Below, piece after piece: positions 8,096-18,510 of a stretch of DNA of 47,561 nt. Source of the DNA: a virus. Below the pieces are notes generated by a model. It saw nothing but the letters and a program-made list of their open reading frames with translations. It ran no database searches and was not told the DNA's origin. The stretch lies in UHGV virus genome UHGV-0018584; one strand, written 5' to 3'. Within the stretch, counting starts at the first letter, position 1. Every line of letters starts with the position of its first letter. The position numbers were made by a program, and so were the translations under genes.

Positions 8096-10711
8096 ATGTC
8101 TATATCGAATCGCACAATCGATGTCCTGTACGGCGGCAACGGCGGAGGCGGCGGTACGCCGGGCAAAGACGGTAAGGATGGTAGGGATGGTGTCGACGGT
8201 AAAGATGGCGCGCCGGGCAAAGATGGTGTCGACGGCGCGGCGGCGGGCTTTGGTACTGTCACGGCTACTGTAGACGATACAGTAGGCACGCCTACTGTAT
8301 CGGTCACTACAAGTGGCCCTAATACGGCGCTCGATATAGATTTTTCGTTTACAGGCCTCAAAGGCGCGGATGGTGCTAAAGGTGAAGAGGGCGCGCAAGG
8401 CCTGCCCGGACAAGACGGTACAGACGGCGTAGACGGTAAAAATGCTGACATAACGGCCATAACAGCCACTATATCTGAAGATGCTACAGGCACGCCTAAA
8501 GCCACTGTAACAAAGACTGGCCCTACTGAAAATATGCAACTTGTCTTTGACTTTGTGAATATTAGAGGCAAAGACGGTAAAGATGGCGCGCCGGGCAAGG
8601 ATGGTACAGATGGAACGGACGCGATTGCGGCGCTTGTACCCAGAGGCGACTATAGTGCGGGTGCAACACCCGCGTATGTAGTCAATGACTACATAACTTT
8701 TACAGACGGTAGCTCTTATGTCTGTAAAAAGGACAATCCGAACAACGTTGCGCCTACAACCGGCAAAAATGACGATGAATTCTGGCAGCTTATGGCGTTG
8801 AAAGGCGCACAAGGCGACAAAGGCGAGCAGGGAGAGGAAGGCGCGCCGGGCAAAGATGGCTTGGGCTTTGTAATACGCGGCGACTATAGTAAGACTGCAA
8901 GTCCGACATATACAATGCGGGACACGATTGGATATAACGGAAAAAGTTATATCTGCAAAAAAGATAATCCCGGCAACGTCGCGCCAACGACTGGAACCGC
9001 GACTGACCCATACTGGATGCTTGTAGCTGACGCCGGAACAGCGGCTACAGTCACTGTAGGTACTGTAGAAGGCGTATCCAATCTATATAAACCGGAGGTA
9101 ACTAATAGCGGCGACACACAAAACGCCGTTTTAGACTTCAAGCTTCCACAAGGCTTGAACGGCGTCGGAGGCTCGCCTTTCTGGAACTGGGGCGCGATGG
9201 AAAACATATCGGGTAAATTTAGAGCAGGAAGTCTAACAGGAAACACAAACGCGTCTAGGTACTGGGTAAGTGACAGATACGCAAGGATATTCTTTAGAGT
9301 AAACAATCGTTCAGCGATTACAGTAAACTTATACTATATACCAGCAGATAATCCAACATCCGCAAAATTTTATAGTCTATGGTTTACTGGAGCAAGCTCT
9401 GCGGCTAGTAGGCCTTGGGTAGACGTGCGTCCGGGGGATGCGGTTGAACTTGTGGGCGTAGGAAACGCTGTTATTGACAACTTCGACGCGTGGGCGGTTC
9501 CTGCGGGAGCTTACGCAGTGCCTTTTGTAGACTGGCAAGCAGCTACTGTAGATATAGACAAAGCGACTCCCTCCGTTACTACAACAAACGCGGACGGTGG
9601 AGGGAATATACTTTGGTACGAGTCGCCAGAGAACGCCGCGATTCATATATCTGTAGGCGGTACTACTACAAAAGGCCGCTTTGCTATCGTGCGTCCGTCC
9701 GGTGAGTTGATAGACGACGCAAGCTTCACAAGCCCGATTATCGAAAAAACTATAGACGTTACGCAAGGCGTTGACGCTTCTTTTGCGCCTACAGCTTCAG
9801 AAAGCGTTATATACGCCAGAAAGAACGAAGTTTTCGGCATTGCGTCATATACAACCGGCGTAAATGTAGAGGACAATATTAATTACCTGAAAGCTAGGCC
9901 GTTATACGACGGTACGCTGAAAAGCTTTGTAGGCGGGCCCACAAAAGCATTGCCCGATTGGAGTAAGACAATCGACTTAAGCGCAAGCGTTGTGTATCCT
10001 GACACTATGCAGTGCTTGCTTGGTGACACAATGTACACTTTTTACGGGCCAAGCGTAAAGGCGCCTTGCGATGGATACTTGAGGATATACGTAAACGCCA
10101 CCTCTGGCACGTCTACTCCTGTGTGGTCGTGCGTAAAGAGCGAACATTCCGCTATAGGAACGTGCACTAAAAGCTACGGAACTACCTATAAAAACGGAGT
10201 AAACGTTTATATTTGTGAGCCTGTCAAGAAAGGCGACGTCCTTTTGGTAGGCGCTACAAAAAGCGGCGCGATTACACTAAGCAGTACCGGTTTTAAGCTT
10301 GCTGAGGTGTCTCCCATATTTGAAGAGGGCATAAACGTCGGCATTTTAGACGCCTCTGCTACGCAAGACGTTACAAAGAAAGCGAAAACAATGTCCGCGA
10401 ACCTTGTTTTTGCAGGCACACGCTATACATATACTGGAAAAGGCGTAACGGCAGAGGACGACGGCGAAATAGCTATGTATGTCACAGCGAAAAGCGCATC
10501 CGCGTCAACGGCACATTGGAGCATGGTACTTGCTCCGGGAGCTACTACAGCAATGCCTTGTGACTTTAGATACAACGCCAATACATATAGTAATGTCTGC
10601 TGGTGGAAACAGACAGTAGCAAAAGGCGACACGTTTATAGTAGGAAGAACAGGAACCGTAGACTACTATACAGTCGACTACGCCTTTTTCACACCGATAA
10701 AGAAGCGATAG
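8096..10711 (+). CDS. Collagen-like repeat fibre protein with CBM5/12-like repeats (candidate head or tail fibre)
   Basis: Gly-X-Y runs (GKDGKDGRDGVDGKDGAPGKDG) occur several times. Three copies of a GTVTAT...TGTP..V...GP...L.FDF fibre motif are present. Two Y.CKKDNP.NVAPTTG....W.L modules are present. It lies between terL and the portal gene. Confidence 0.7.
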   Translation: MSISNRTIDVLYGGNGGGGGTPGKDGKDGRDGVDGKDGAPGKDGVDGAAAGFGTVTATVDDTVGTPTVSVTTSGPNTALDIDFSFTGLKGADGAKGEEGAQGLPGQDGTDGVDGKNADITAITATISEDATGTPKATVTKTGPTENMQLVFDFVNIRGKDGKDGAPGKDGTDGTDAIAALVPRGDYSAGATPAYVVNDYITFTDGSSYVCKKDNPNNVAPTTGKNDDEFWQLMALKGAQGDKGEQGEEGAPGKDGLGFVIRGDYSKTASPTYTMRDTIGYNGKSYICKKDNPGNVAPTTGTATDPYWMLVADAGTAATVTVGTVEGVSNLYKPEVTNSGDTQNAVLDFKLPQGLNGVGGSPFWNWGAMENISGKFRAGSLTGNTNASRYWVSDRYARIFFRVNNRSAITVNLYYIPADNPTSAKFYSLWFTGASSAASRPWVDVRPGDAVELVGVGNAVIDNFDAWAVPAGAYAVPFVDWQAATVDIDKATPSVTTTNADGGGNILWYESPENAAIHISVGGTTTKGRFAIVRPSGELIDDASFTSPIIEKTIDVTQGVDASFAPTASESVIYARKNEVFGIASYTTGVNVEDNINYLKARPLYDGTLKSFVGGPTKALPDWSKTIDLSASVVYPDTMQCLLGDTMYTFYGPSVKAPCDGYLRIYVNATSGTSTPVWSCVKSEHSAIGTCTKSYGTTYKNGVNVYICEPVKKGDVLLVGATKSGAITLSSTGFKLAEVSPIFEEGINVGILDASATQDVTKKAKTMSANLVFAGTRYTYTGKGVTAEDDGEIAMYVTAKSASASTAHWSMVLAPGATTAMPCDFRYNANTYSNVCWWKQTVAKGDTFIVGRTGTVDYYTVDYAFFTPIKKR

Positions 10712-10717
10712 CACTTT

Positions 10718-12133
10718 ATGCGAACTCCAAAAGCAATGCGTAATGCCGCAAAAAGATATAAAAACACGCTTATATCAGGAAGCGGCGCCGCCACAACGTC
10801 TGACAGAGGGGCCATGCAGACGGCGGCCCCTTTGTCGCTGTCTCCGTACTATACCTTTAACTATCTGCAAAGGTATCAGCAATATGTAAACCTATACGAA
10901 ACATCTTGGGAGGCGCGCAAGATTATCGATATTCCTGTGGAAGACGCCATGCGCTCACCTACCATAAGGGAGGGTATATCTTCCGACGATGCCAAGCTGC
11001 TAGATGACAAATGGCAAGAGCTAGGCTGTGAAAGACAGCTTCGGCGCTGTTTGAAGCAAGAGCGGCTGCTTGGCGGCTGTGTGCTACTTGGTATCATGCG
11101 CTTGCAGGATGGGGAAAAGCTTGACGAACCTTTGAACGAAAAGAATATAGAAATCGATGACTTAGAGGCGCTGAATGTCGTCGACGTATCGAGGCTGTCT
11201 AGGGCAGACTTGTGTAATGACCCCTTTAAGCCGGACTATGACAAAGTAAGCCATCTTATGATAGATGGAGTGACTGTACATCAGTCGCGTATGGTAGTCT
11301 TTAACGGCGATACACTTTTTGGTAGGAATAGCCAGAGGCTTTTACAGTCCAATCGGCATAATCCACTGGGTTTTGGCGATTCAAAGCTGACGCCTATTTG
11401 GGATATACTGACACGCTCCATCGGCACTCAACAGGGCGCCTACCATTTGGTAAACATGGCAAGCGCCTTAGTAATGTCTGTAGACAACTTGCGCTCTATC
11501 AAAGCTGTAGACAACCACGCCGAAGAGAAGCTAAAGGAAGTTGTACAGCAGCTTTCTATATATAACGCCGCTCTAGTCGACGGCAAAGATGTGCGCATCG
11601 ATACAAAAAGTACAGCATTTGGTAGTGTTCCAGAGCTGGTGCTGACTTTTACCCAGTTCCTTGCGGCGGCGTCTGATATACCAGTAACGCGCTTCCTTGG
11701 CACATCTGCGCAAGGCTTGTCCGCAACTGGCGAAGGCGATGCTCGCAACTACTATGACATGGTTGACAGTATACGTAATAACGTCCGTAAACCGGCGGAA
11801 CTGCGTATACTTAACTGGATAGGCTCGTCTATATTCGGACACGACAACTGGAACGCTCGTTCAAAGGATTTGCAACTTTCTTTTGAACCTCTGTGGAATA
11901 TGGACGCCGTGCAAGCCGCAACGCGTGACGAGATTATAACTCGGACTGTAACTTCGCTGTATCAGGCACAGATTATATCCGCAGAAACGGCCGTCGCAGA
12001 GTTGAACAAACGGGAAATTTTTGAAACTCCGCTTGAGGCCGAGGCTCCCACGATGGAAAGCGGGCTGCTTGACATCGGAAATCCGTTTGACGACTCGCAA
12101 AGCATTGACAAAGCTACGCAAAAAGTGTTATAG
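10718..12133 (+). CDS. Portal protein (Mu gp29-like position)
   Basis: 471 aa, immediately before a MuF-type gene and after the terminase and fibre insert. Acidic C-terminus. Confidence 0.65.
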   Translation: MRTPKAMRNAAKRYKNTLISGSGAATTSDRGAMQTAAPLSLSPYYTFNYLQRYQQYVNLYETSWEARKIIDIPVEDAMRSPTIREGISSDDAKLLDDKWQELGCERQLRRCLKQERLLGGCVLLGIMRLQDGEKLDEPLNEKNIEIDDLEALNVVDVSRLSRADLCNDPFKPDYDKVSHLMIDGVTVHQSRMVVFNGDTLFGRNSQRLLQSNRHNPLGFGDSKLTPIWDILTRSIGTQQGAYHLVNMASALVMSVDNLRSIKAVDNHAEEKLKEVVQQLSIYNAALVDGKDVRIDTKSTAFGSVPELVLTFTQFLAAASDIPVTRFLGTSAQGLSATGEGDARNYYDMVDSIRNNVRKPAELRILNWIGSSIFGHDNWNARSKDLQLSFEPLWNMDAVQAATRDEIITRTVTSLYQAQIISAETAVAELNKREIFETPLEAEAPTMESGLLDIGNPFDDSQSIDKATQKVL

Positions 12134-12135
12134 CA

Positions 12136-12981
12136 ATGGCAATAAGAGTTTCAGAGCAGCCGAAACGCAGGGCGCGAAAACCCCGCCGATTGCGGGGCGT
12201 GACGGGCGGTTCCAGCAGGATTGCAAGCGGATTGCTTGCGGAAATCGGAAAACTGCTAGGGCCGCTTGTCACAGACATTAAAGACATCGTTTCTCTGGTA
12301 CAAGGTGGCGGATTATCGGCTGTAGCTGTAGGCGCCGCGCTGAATTCGCAGCGTGAAAAGTGGCGCAAGATACTAGGGCCGTCTATACAAGGTATAGCGT
12401 ACCGATGGTCAAAGGCCGTATCAGACAGGGACAGACTACAGCTTGAAAGAAGCCTTGCAAAGGCGCTAGGCGTAGAGACGCTGGCGATTTTTGATGATAC
12501 GACTGTAAAAGATACTGTATCTCTTATGCAAGAGCAAGCGACAGCACTGATAAAGACTGTACCAGAAGCTTACTTTGACAAGGTAGAGCAGGCCGTCTTC
12601 CAGTCATACACACAACAAGGCTTGCCTGAAGGCCGAACCCTCACGCAAGAGATACAGCACATATACGCGATTACCTATGACGACGCGAAGCGAATCGCGG
12701 TTGACCAGACGAACAAGCTGCATTGCGCCGTCACACAAGCAAGACAGACAGACTTAGGTATAGAAAAGTATATATGGCGTACAGCAAGAGATAGCCGGGT
12801 AGTAGGTAATCCAGCCGGTTTATATCCAAACGGAAATCCGAAACATGGTAACCACTACGCCAGAGAAGGAAAGGTTTTCCGATGGGACGAACCGCCCTCA
12901 GACGGACATCCGGGATGGCCTATCAGGTGCCGATGTCATGCTGAGCCTGTCATAGACTATAGTAAACTGAAGCTGTCATGA
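12136..12981 (+). CDS. Head morphogenesis protein, MuF / SPP1 gp7 family
   Basis: Characteristic C-terminal motif WRTARDSRVV...HGNHYAREGKVFRWDEPP...GWPIRCRCH. Confidence 0.85.
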   Translation: MAIRVSEQPKRRARKPRRLRGVTGGSSRIASGLLAEIGKLLGPLVTDIKDIVSLVQGGGLSAVAVGAALNSQREKWRKILGPSIQGIAYRWSKAVSDRDRLQLERSLAKALGVETLAIFDDTTVKDTVSLMQEQATALIKTVPEAYFDKVEQAVFQSYTQQGLPEGRTLTQEIQHIYAITYDDAKRIAVDQTNKLHCAVTQARQTDLGIEKYIWRTARDSRVVGNPAGLYPNGNPKHGNHYAREGKVFRWDEPPSDGHPGWPIRCRCHAEPVIDYSKLKLS

Positions 12982-14183
12982 AACAGATAATTTATAATAG
13001 TAAAATCCATAATTGGAGAATCGATACAGACGGCATGCTGCGCGTTACAGCACGCGTGCTGAAAGAAGGCGTATTTCCGTACTTGCCTGAAGAAAGCCCG
13101 CAAGGCGCATACGTTGCAAGTAACGGATACGTATACCAGTATATTCCGGCTAGTGAATTCACTGAAGAGGCGCTACAGTCGCTTGAAGGCAAGCCTGTTA
13201 TTATAGACTCGCATGAGTGGCGTACTGCTGAAAACGCGGCCAAAGACGGCTTGACAGTCGGTTCCGTTGCTGGAACGCCGTTTGTTGAAGACGGCTATAT
13301 TGTAGCCGACTTTATAGTGCACGATAAAGATACTGTAGAGGCGATTACAAACGGAACTTTGGTAGAGGTTTCAAGCGCTTACGACGGCGATTGTAAAGTA
13401 GCCAATGGCTCTTTTGACAATATAACTTACTCTGCAATACAGACGAACTTGCGGTTTAATCACGTCCTTTTGCTCCCTAAAGGAGCAGGGCGTTGCGGTG
13501 AAACAGTAGGTATCGTTAACAAGAAATCTGATAAATCGGAGAAAGGCACAATGAAAGTTATCCAGCGTCAGATTGGTAACAAACGGGTAGATTATCGGTT
13601 TTCCAATGAGGAAGACGCCGAAAAAGCTAATGAGATGGCGGACGATGAAAAGTGCTTCAATGCGGAGGCGCTTAATGAAGCCATGGAAACCGTGAAAAAC
13701 CTCAAAAATGAAGTTGAAGAGAAGACTAACGCTCTCAATGAGGCGCTGAAAGTCGTGGAAGAGCAGAAAGCGGAAATCGAAAAACTGTTATCTTCCGAGA
13801 TGCAAGAGGAGCTTGCAAAAGAAGCCGCCGCGCAGCTTGAAAGCGAAGACGCTATCCTCGACGATGCGGTCGAAAATGAAGTCATTGAAGAGGATACTAA
13901 AGAGAACATAAAGAACTCTTTCAAAAACTGTAAGTCCTTTGCAGAGCGCCGCAAGCTTGTAGTCATGAATGCGGCGGGCTTTAGCGAATCCGATATTTCC
14001 GATTGGAAGCAGGAAGCGGTTGACGCGGTTTTCGAAACGCTGCATAAGAAAGCGCTTATGAACAGCAAAAATAAGAAAACCGTTAAAACGACCATGGGCG
14101 GCGCTTCGGGACGTGTTGAAAACAGCCTGCGGACTTCGCCGCTTAAGCGCATTTACGAGCGCATTAACAACAGCAAGAATTAG
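12978..14183 (+). CDS. Scaffold-like protein (DUF2213-like N-domain plus an acidic coiled-coil)
   Basis: Globular N-terminal region followed by an E/K-rich coiled-coil (EEKTNALNEALKVVEEQKAEIEKLL). Located between the MuF and capsid genes. Confidence 0.5.
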   Translation: MKQIIYNSKIHNWRIDTDGMLRVTARVLKEGVFPYLPEESPQGAYVASNGYVYQYIPASEFTEEALQSLEGKPVIIDSHEWRTAENAAKDGLTVGSVAGTPFVEDGYIVADFIVHDKDTVEAITNGTLVEVSSAYDGDCKVANGSFDNITYSAIQTNLRFNHVLLLPKGAGRCGETVGIVNKKSDKSEKGTMKVIQRQIGNKRVDYRFSNEEDAEKANEMADDEKCFNAEALNEAMETVKNLKNEVEEKTNALNEALKVVEEQKAEIEKLLSSEMQEELAKEAAAQLESEDAILDDAVENEVIEEDTKENIKNSFKNCKSFAERRKLVVMNAAGFSESDISDWKQEAVDAVFETLHKKALMNSKNKKTVKTTMGGASGRVENSLRTSPLKRIYERINNSKN

Positions 14184-14196
14184 CGAGGATATATAG

Positions 14197-15147
14197 ATGT
14201 ATACGCCTAAACGCGGCTTTATCCAGTCGGAGTACTTTGACCAGCAGGGTACGGCGCTTGCTGGCATGCTTGCCAACGCTTCGGATATGAACCTCGTAGA
14301 TAGTGCTTTCGTCGGCATTGCCGACGAAATTTATGGAATGCCCGCCGGTATTGGAGTTATTGAACAACCAGCGACTGTAACTAACCGCGCTGGCGTCAAT
14401 AACATTACTGTAATGCCACCTCTTGCCAATGCAACGGATAGCGAATTCGCTGGCGTTGTAGTCCGTAATCAGGCCATGCGAAGCAATCCCAATGGGGAAG
14501 CGTGCTGGTATACTGATACTATGTGTAATATTGCGCGCCGCGACCGCTCCGGAGCGCGCATTTGGGTACAGCTTGCATCCGGTACGTCTGTGTATGGCGG
14601 GACGGTGCACTGGATTGTCCGTGACACTGTTGCGCACGGCTTGCGCATCGGCGCTTTTGCTGCTGGCGAGGTCACGGGCAAGGCTACGCCTACTCCCGCT
14701 GTACTGACCGGTGGCACGATTGACCTTACCGCGCTTAAGGCGGTTCAGGACGGCGGTATGGACATCACCGTTGGCGGTACTAAGAAGACGCTGAATTCTA
14801 TGGACTTTTCCGCCGTTACTACAGTGGATGATGTAGTCACCATTGTGGATACGGCCGCCAAGGCGGCGACAGCCGGTGTTACGATTAAGAAAACCGGTAA
14901 CGGCATTACGATTGAGACTACCGCTACTGGCGCGGCGGCGACGTTGACTTTTGCTACCGCTCCGTCTGCTGGTAGCGCATTGGACGTGTCCAGTACACTC
15001 GGCTTGACGGCGGCTGCTGGTGGTCTGCTTGCGCAAGGCTCTGCTGGTACGGCTTTGGATACAGTGCCTCTTACCAAAGCCCGCTTCCTTGGAAGCTTTA
15101 CTGGCGGAAAGACACACAACAATATCGCGCTCATTGAGCTGCTGTAA
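14197..15147 (+). CDS. Capsid-associated protein (decoration/cement or second capsid component)
   Basis: 316 aa, Ala/Gly/Thr-rich, GAGGA RBS, directly upstream of the major capsid candidate. Confidence 0.4.
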   Translation: MYTPKRGFIQSEYFDQQGTALAGMLANASDMNLVDSAFVGIADEIYGMPAGIGVIEQPATVTNRAGVNNITVMPPLANATDSEFAGVVVRNQAMRSNPNGEACWYTDTMCNIARRDRSGARIWVQLASGTSVYGGTVHWIVRDTVAHGLRIGAFAAGEVTGKATPTPAVLTGGTIDLTALKAVQDGGMDITVGGTKKTLNSMDFSAVTTVDDVVTIVDTAAKAATAGVTIKKTGNGITIETTATGAAATLTFATAPSAGSALDVSSTLGLTAAAGGLLAQGSAGTALDTVPLTKARFLGSFTGGKTHNNIALIELL

Positions 15148-15164
15148 TATAGAGAGGTACTGAT

Positions 15165-16175
15165 ATGCAGACTATTAAAAACGGCCGTCCTACCTCTGGT
15201 ATCCAGAGCAACGTCACGGCGTCTGATATTGCGTTTGAACTCAACACACAGATTGATAGCGAATTCTATGATGTCCTGTATCCTGACAAAGAATGGTACA
15301 AGATTGTCAGTGAAGAGCAGATTTATAGCAATATCAATCCCGGCGCGTCTAATTACGCCTATATGTCTCGTTCGCGTCACGGCGCGGCGGCGTTTATTGG
15401 ACACGGCGTCAATAACGACATTCCGATGGTCGGACAGTCCATTGGCGCGGTTACAGTGCCGATTGCGTATGCCGCTGTTGGGGCCGAAGTTACCAATGAG
15501 GACGCACGCCAATACACATTTGGTATGAACGGCAATCTCGCTCAGGAACTCGGCACTGCAATGCGCGAAGCTTGCGATAACCTTATCGAAAATTCGGTTA
15601 TTTTCGGCGTTCCTGACTTGGGCTTCCACGGCTGGATTAACTATCCGGGCATTACTGTAATGACCGCTAGTCAGTCCGCTGGAACGCCAGCGTCTACCAA
15701 ATGGCAGGATAAGACAGGCATTGAGATTGCGCAGGATATTAATAGCGCCCTGACGTATGCTTGGGAGAATAGCAAGACTATTTTCAAGCCGTCCACTATC
15801 TTCCTTCCTTTGCAGCAGTATTCTATGCTTGCCAATACGCCCATGGTGCTTGGTAACGGCGGAAATGCTGCTGGCGTTGGACTGATGCTGAATATCTTGA
15901 ACTACGTCAAAGCTAATAATATAATCAGCGAAGTGGCCGGAAAGGAACTGGAAATCCTTCCTTCCCGCTATCTTGCCGGCGCCGGTGTTGGCGGTACTGA
16001 CCGAATGGTAGTCATGGATAGGCGTAAAGAAAATCAGATTTTGCCTTTCCCGCTTCCTTATCAGTTGTCCGAACCGCAGCCGAAGCCTCTTGCCGTCGCG
16101 TGGTTCGCCGAAAATAAATTTGGCTCTTACCATGTCAGACAGCAGGGTTCCATGCTGTACGTCGACGGTATCTAG
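15165..16175 (+). CDS. Major capsid protein (candidate)
   Basis: 336 aa at the expected position after the scaffold in a Mu-like head module. AGAGAGG RBS. Composition typical of capsid proteins. Confidence 0.55.
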   Translation: MQTIKNGRPTSGIQSNVTASDIAFELNTQIDSEFYDVLYPDKEWYKIVSEEQIYSNINPGASNYAYMSRSRHGAAAFIGHGVNNDIPMVGQSIGAVTVPIAYAAVGAEVTNEDARQYTFGMNGNLAQELGTAMREACDNLIENSVIFGVPDLGFHGWINYPGITVMTASQSAGTPASTKWQDKTGIEIAQDINSALTYAWENSKTIFKPSTIFLPLQQYSMLANTPMVLGNGGNAAGVGLMLNILNYVKANNIISEVAGKELEILPSRYLAGAGVGGTDRMVVMDRRKENQILPFPLPYQLSEPQPKPLAVAWFAENKFGSYHVRQQGSMLYVDGI

Positions 16176-16202
16176 AAACTTATAGAGAGAGGGCATAGAC
16201 AA

Positions 16203-16517
16203 ATGATTATCGGAAATCGTTCTGACACGCCTAGGGCTTTGCTTATCGGACAGTCTTTTATCAACTTGCCTCCCATGGGGTACGCTACGCTTCCTGATGA
16301 CGCGTCTACTAAAGACGCTGTAAAGAAGCTGATGGAGACTAGTACTATAAAGCAACTTGTGGACTTGCATGTACTTTGCTTTGAGATACCCAACGCAATG
16401 CACGCGCCTACACATATAGACGGCCCTAAGCCTCCAAAAGAGCTGACCAGCGAACCGTCGCATGCACGCGTCACTGCTGAACACGCCAAGCTGACAACGG
16501 AAACGGTAAAGGTATAA
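16203..16517 (+). CDS. Hypothetical head-tail joining region protein
   Basis: ORF with an RBS in the same orientation as the structural operon. Confidence 0.4.
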   Translation: MIIGNRSDTPRALLIGQSFINLPPMGYATLPDDASTKDAVKKLMETSTIKQLVDLHVLCFEIPNAMHAPTHIDGPKPPKELTSEPSHARVTAEHAKLTTETVKV

Positions 16518-16523
16518 AGGTTT

Positions 16524-17009
16524 ATGTGTTTAAAGCCTACGCCAATGGAAGGAATCGCCGTCTGCAAAGAAGGTCTCTTCGATTTCTGTGTAGAGGAATT
16601 TCTTAATTACTTCAAAGAGTTCTCAAAGCTTGACTATTGGGCTATATATGGCGCCGGGAGCGCGTCAGTAGCGCTTTTACGATATGAAAGCTTTGGACGA
16701 ATGTTCGACTTGGCCGTAGGCTTGTATACCGCACATAGACTAGCTCTGCTGTATGACTTGTCAGAAGCGTATGACGAAAACGGGATGTCTGACCAGAGCA
16801 ACACGAACATCCCGTCGTCTATATCAGCAAGCACATCGCAGTTGTCTGAAAGCAGCGCGCCGTTGACGCTGGCTACCAGCGATGACCCTTTTACAGCCGA
16901 CTTAGCGACTACCAAGTACGGCATACAGCTTTTGGCGCTTATCCGGGTATGGATACCCGGAGGTGAGATAGTAAAAGGCGCGCCAATGTCTGTAGTAACG
17001 ACGTTGTAG
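16524..17009 (+). CDS. Putative head-tail connector / adaptor protein
   Basis: 161 aa placed between the capsid and tail genes, with a YTAHRLALLY segment reminiscent of gp6-like connectors. Confidence 0.35.
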   Translation: MCLKPTPMEGIAVCKEGLFDFCVEEFLNYFKEFSKLDYWAIYGAGSASVALLRYESFGRMFDLAVGLYTAHRLALLYDLSEAYDENGMSDQSNTNIPSSISASTSQLSESSAPLTLATSDDPFTADLATTKYGIQLLALIRVWIPGGEIVKGAPMSVVTTL

Positions 17010-17022
17010 GACTGTAAAATCA

Positions 17023-17520
17023 ATGCGCCCTATTGTAGTAACAGCCTCAAGTAGCGGCGGAAGCGCTATATCCGCTACGCTTGGCAGGATGACGCAAGCG
17101 GCAAGAGACGCTGCAAAGTGGCAATGCGCTGTAGGTTATCCTGTAGGCAAGCAAGCGGTAGCGCAGCCTAATCCCGCATACGACAATGGGGAAAGCGTTA
17201 TCACTGTTGCTATACGTAACAACTACGGGCTTGGCGTGCCTAGGCGGCCGTTTATGGACTTAGCAAAGCGGCATATGGTAGATACATATAGACGCATCAT
17301 GCAAGAGCTAGGGCCGAAGGTTATAGATGGTACAGCAAGGATAGAGCGTGTTCTGGATGTCGCAGGGCTGGAAGCCGAAGAGGACATAAGAACGTCTATC
17401 ATGGATGGCGAATGGCTTCCCAATGCTCCGGCTACTGTACGGCGTAAAGGCTCTGATAGGCCGCTTGTAGACACAATGTCTATGCATAATCTTGTAACGC
17501 ACCACGTAAGAAGGGCTTGA
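17023..17520 (+). CDS. Hypothetical structural protein (neck or tail completion)
   Basis: Position and orientation only. Confidence 0.35.
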   Translation: MRPIVVTASSSGGSAISATLGRMTQAARDAAKWQCAVGYPVGKQAVAQPNPAYDNGESVITVAIRNNYGLGVPRRPFMDLAKRHMVDTYRRIMQELGPKVIDGTARIERVLDVAGLEAEEDIRTSIMDGEWLPNAPATVRRKGSDRPLVDTMSMHNLVTHHVRRA

Positions 17521-17521
17521 T

Positions 17522-17944
17522 ATGCGAAAGATGAAGTTTGAGCGTACATTCAAGCGCTTTCGCTGGTCAAGTATCTATATATACGACGTTTACGGCGAAT
17601 ATATAGAAAATACGTGGGAAGAGCTTCCTCCGGTAGAGCCTCGAAAGATACAAGCCATTCCTTTGCTGGACACGCCTTTGGAGCTACAGCATCTGCCAGA
17701 AGGCGCAAGTTCCACGACTACGCTAAAGCTGATAACGAAAGCGACGTTATACTGGACTGATGTAGTACAGCCGTTGCTTTATACAGAAGAGGAGGATACG
17801 ACTGTAGATGAAAAGGAAGATACCAGTCATTTACAGTCGTATGCACAATGGAAAGATAGGATTTGGCGTGTCGTGGGAAGCAATTGCTTTCTAGGAAACG
17901 TTAACGAATTACAGATATACTCCCTTGAAAGGTACGTGCGATGA
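17522..17944 (+). CDS. Hypothetical structural protein
   Basis: Translationally coupled in the structural operon. Confidence 0.35.
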   Translation: MRKMKFERTFKRFRWSSIYIYDVYGEYIENTWEELPPVEPRKIQAIPLLDTPLELQHLPEGASSTTTLKLITKATLYWTDVVQPLLYTEEEDTTVDEKEDTSHLQSYAQWKDRIWRVVGSNCFLGNVNELQIYSLERYVR

Positions 17945-18510
17945 CTGGCTTTATACTTACAGTCGACATGGTGAATGACCTTTTGAGGGCGTTTATATCT
18001 AGTACTCTAGATATAGAGCCAAAAGCTGTGCTTGTAGAGACAAGGGCCAGAGCAAGAGCAGCTGACACAAGTCCATACGTGACTATATACTGGAAAGAGC
18101 AAGAGCTGTTGAACCAGTTTGAAGGCGACTATATCAGGCCTTACGATGAAGACGAAAGAAGCGAAGACGGAACCGAGCTACTGTATAACGACTCTTACTG
18201 TACTGTAAGACTGACTTGCAGAGGAAAAGACGCCTACAAGTGGGCAAGCGAATTACGTTACGCTCTCGATTCCTCAAACAGACAGTTTGACCTATACAAC
18301 ATAATCGGTTTTGCTGGATGTTCATCTGTAACAGACGTTTCAACAGTCTTCGGTGGACAGTTATATCAACAAACGTTTGTAGAGCTAAGTTTCTATGCTT
18401 GCTTTGGAAGAATGTATCCGCTGGCATATTTTGACAGTGTGCCGTGGATTATAAAAGATAGAGACTACCTTTTCCCTAGATGGAGAAAACCATGCCCGAT
18501 GCTACCGTAA
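17941..18510 (+). CDS. Hypothetical structural protein
   Basis: Overlaps its neighbours with ATGA-type coupling. Confidence 0.35.
   Translation: MTGFILTVDMVNDLLRAFISSTLDIEPKAVLVETRARARAADTSPYVTIYWKEQELLNQFEGDYIRPYDEDERSEDGTELLYNDSYCTVRLTCRGKDAYKWASELRYALDSSNRQFDLYNIIGFAGCSSVTDVSTVFGGQLYQQTFVELSFYACFGRMYPLAYFDSVPWIIKDRDYLFPRWRKPCPMLP

Noticed and set aside
7928-8812. Minus-strand ORFs 7928..8812 and 8059..8598 opposite the collagen-like gene
   Set aside because: A Gly-X-Y coding repeat generates open antisense frames that are Pro/Ser-rich here. There is no start context, and they overlap a well-supported plus gene.
8096-10711. Collagen-like Gly-X-Y protein as eukaryotic contamination
   Set aside because: It is embedded in a contiguous phage operon with phage-typical fibre motifs and bacterial RBS and coupling signals.
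14164-16484. Long minus-strand ORFs (14164..15117, 14745..16484) antisense to the capsid genes
   Set aside because: Arg/Ser/Cys-rich, low-complexity translations with no RBS. They are shadow ORFs of GC- and Ala/Gly-rich plus-strand genes, which show strong coupling and RBSs.
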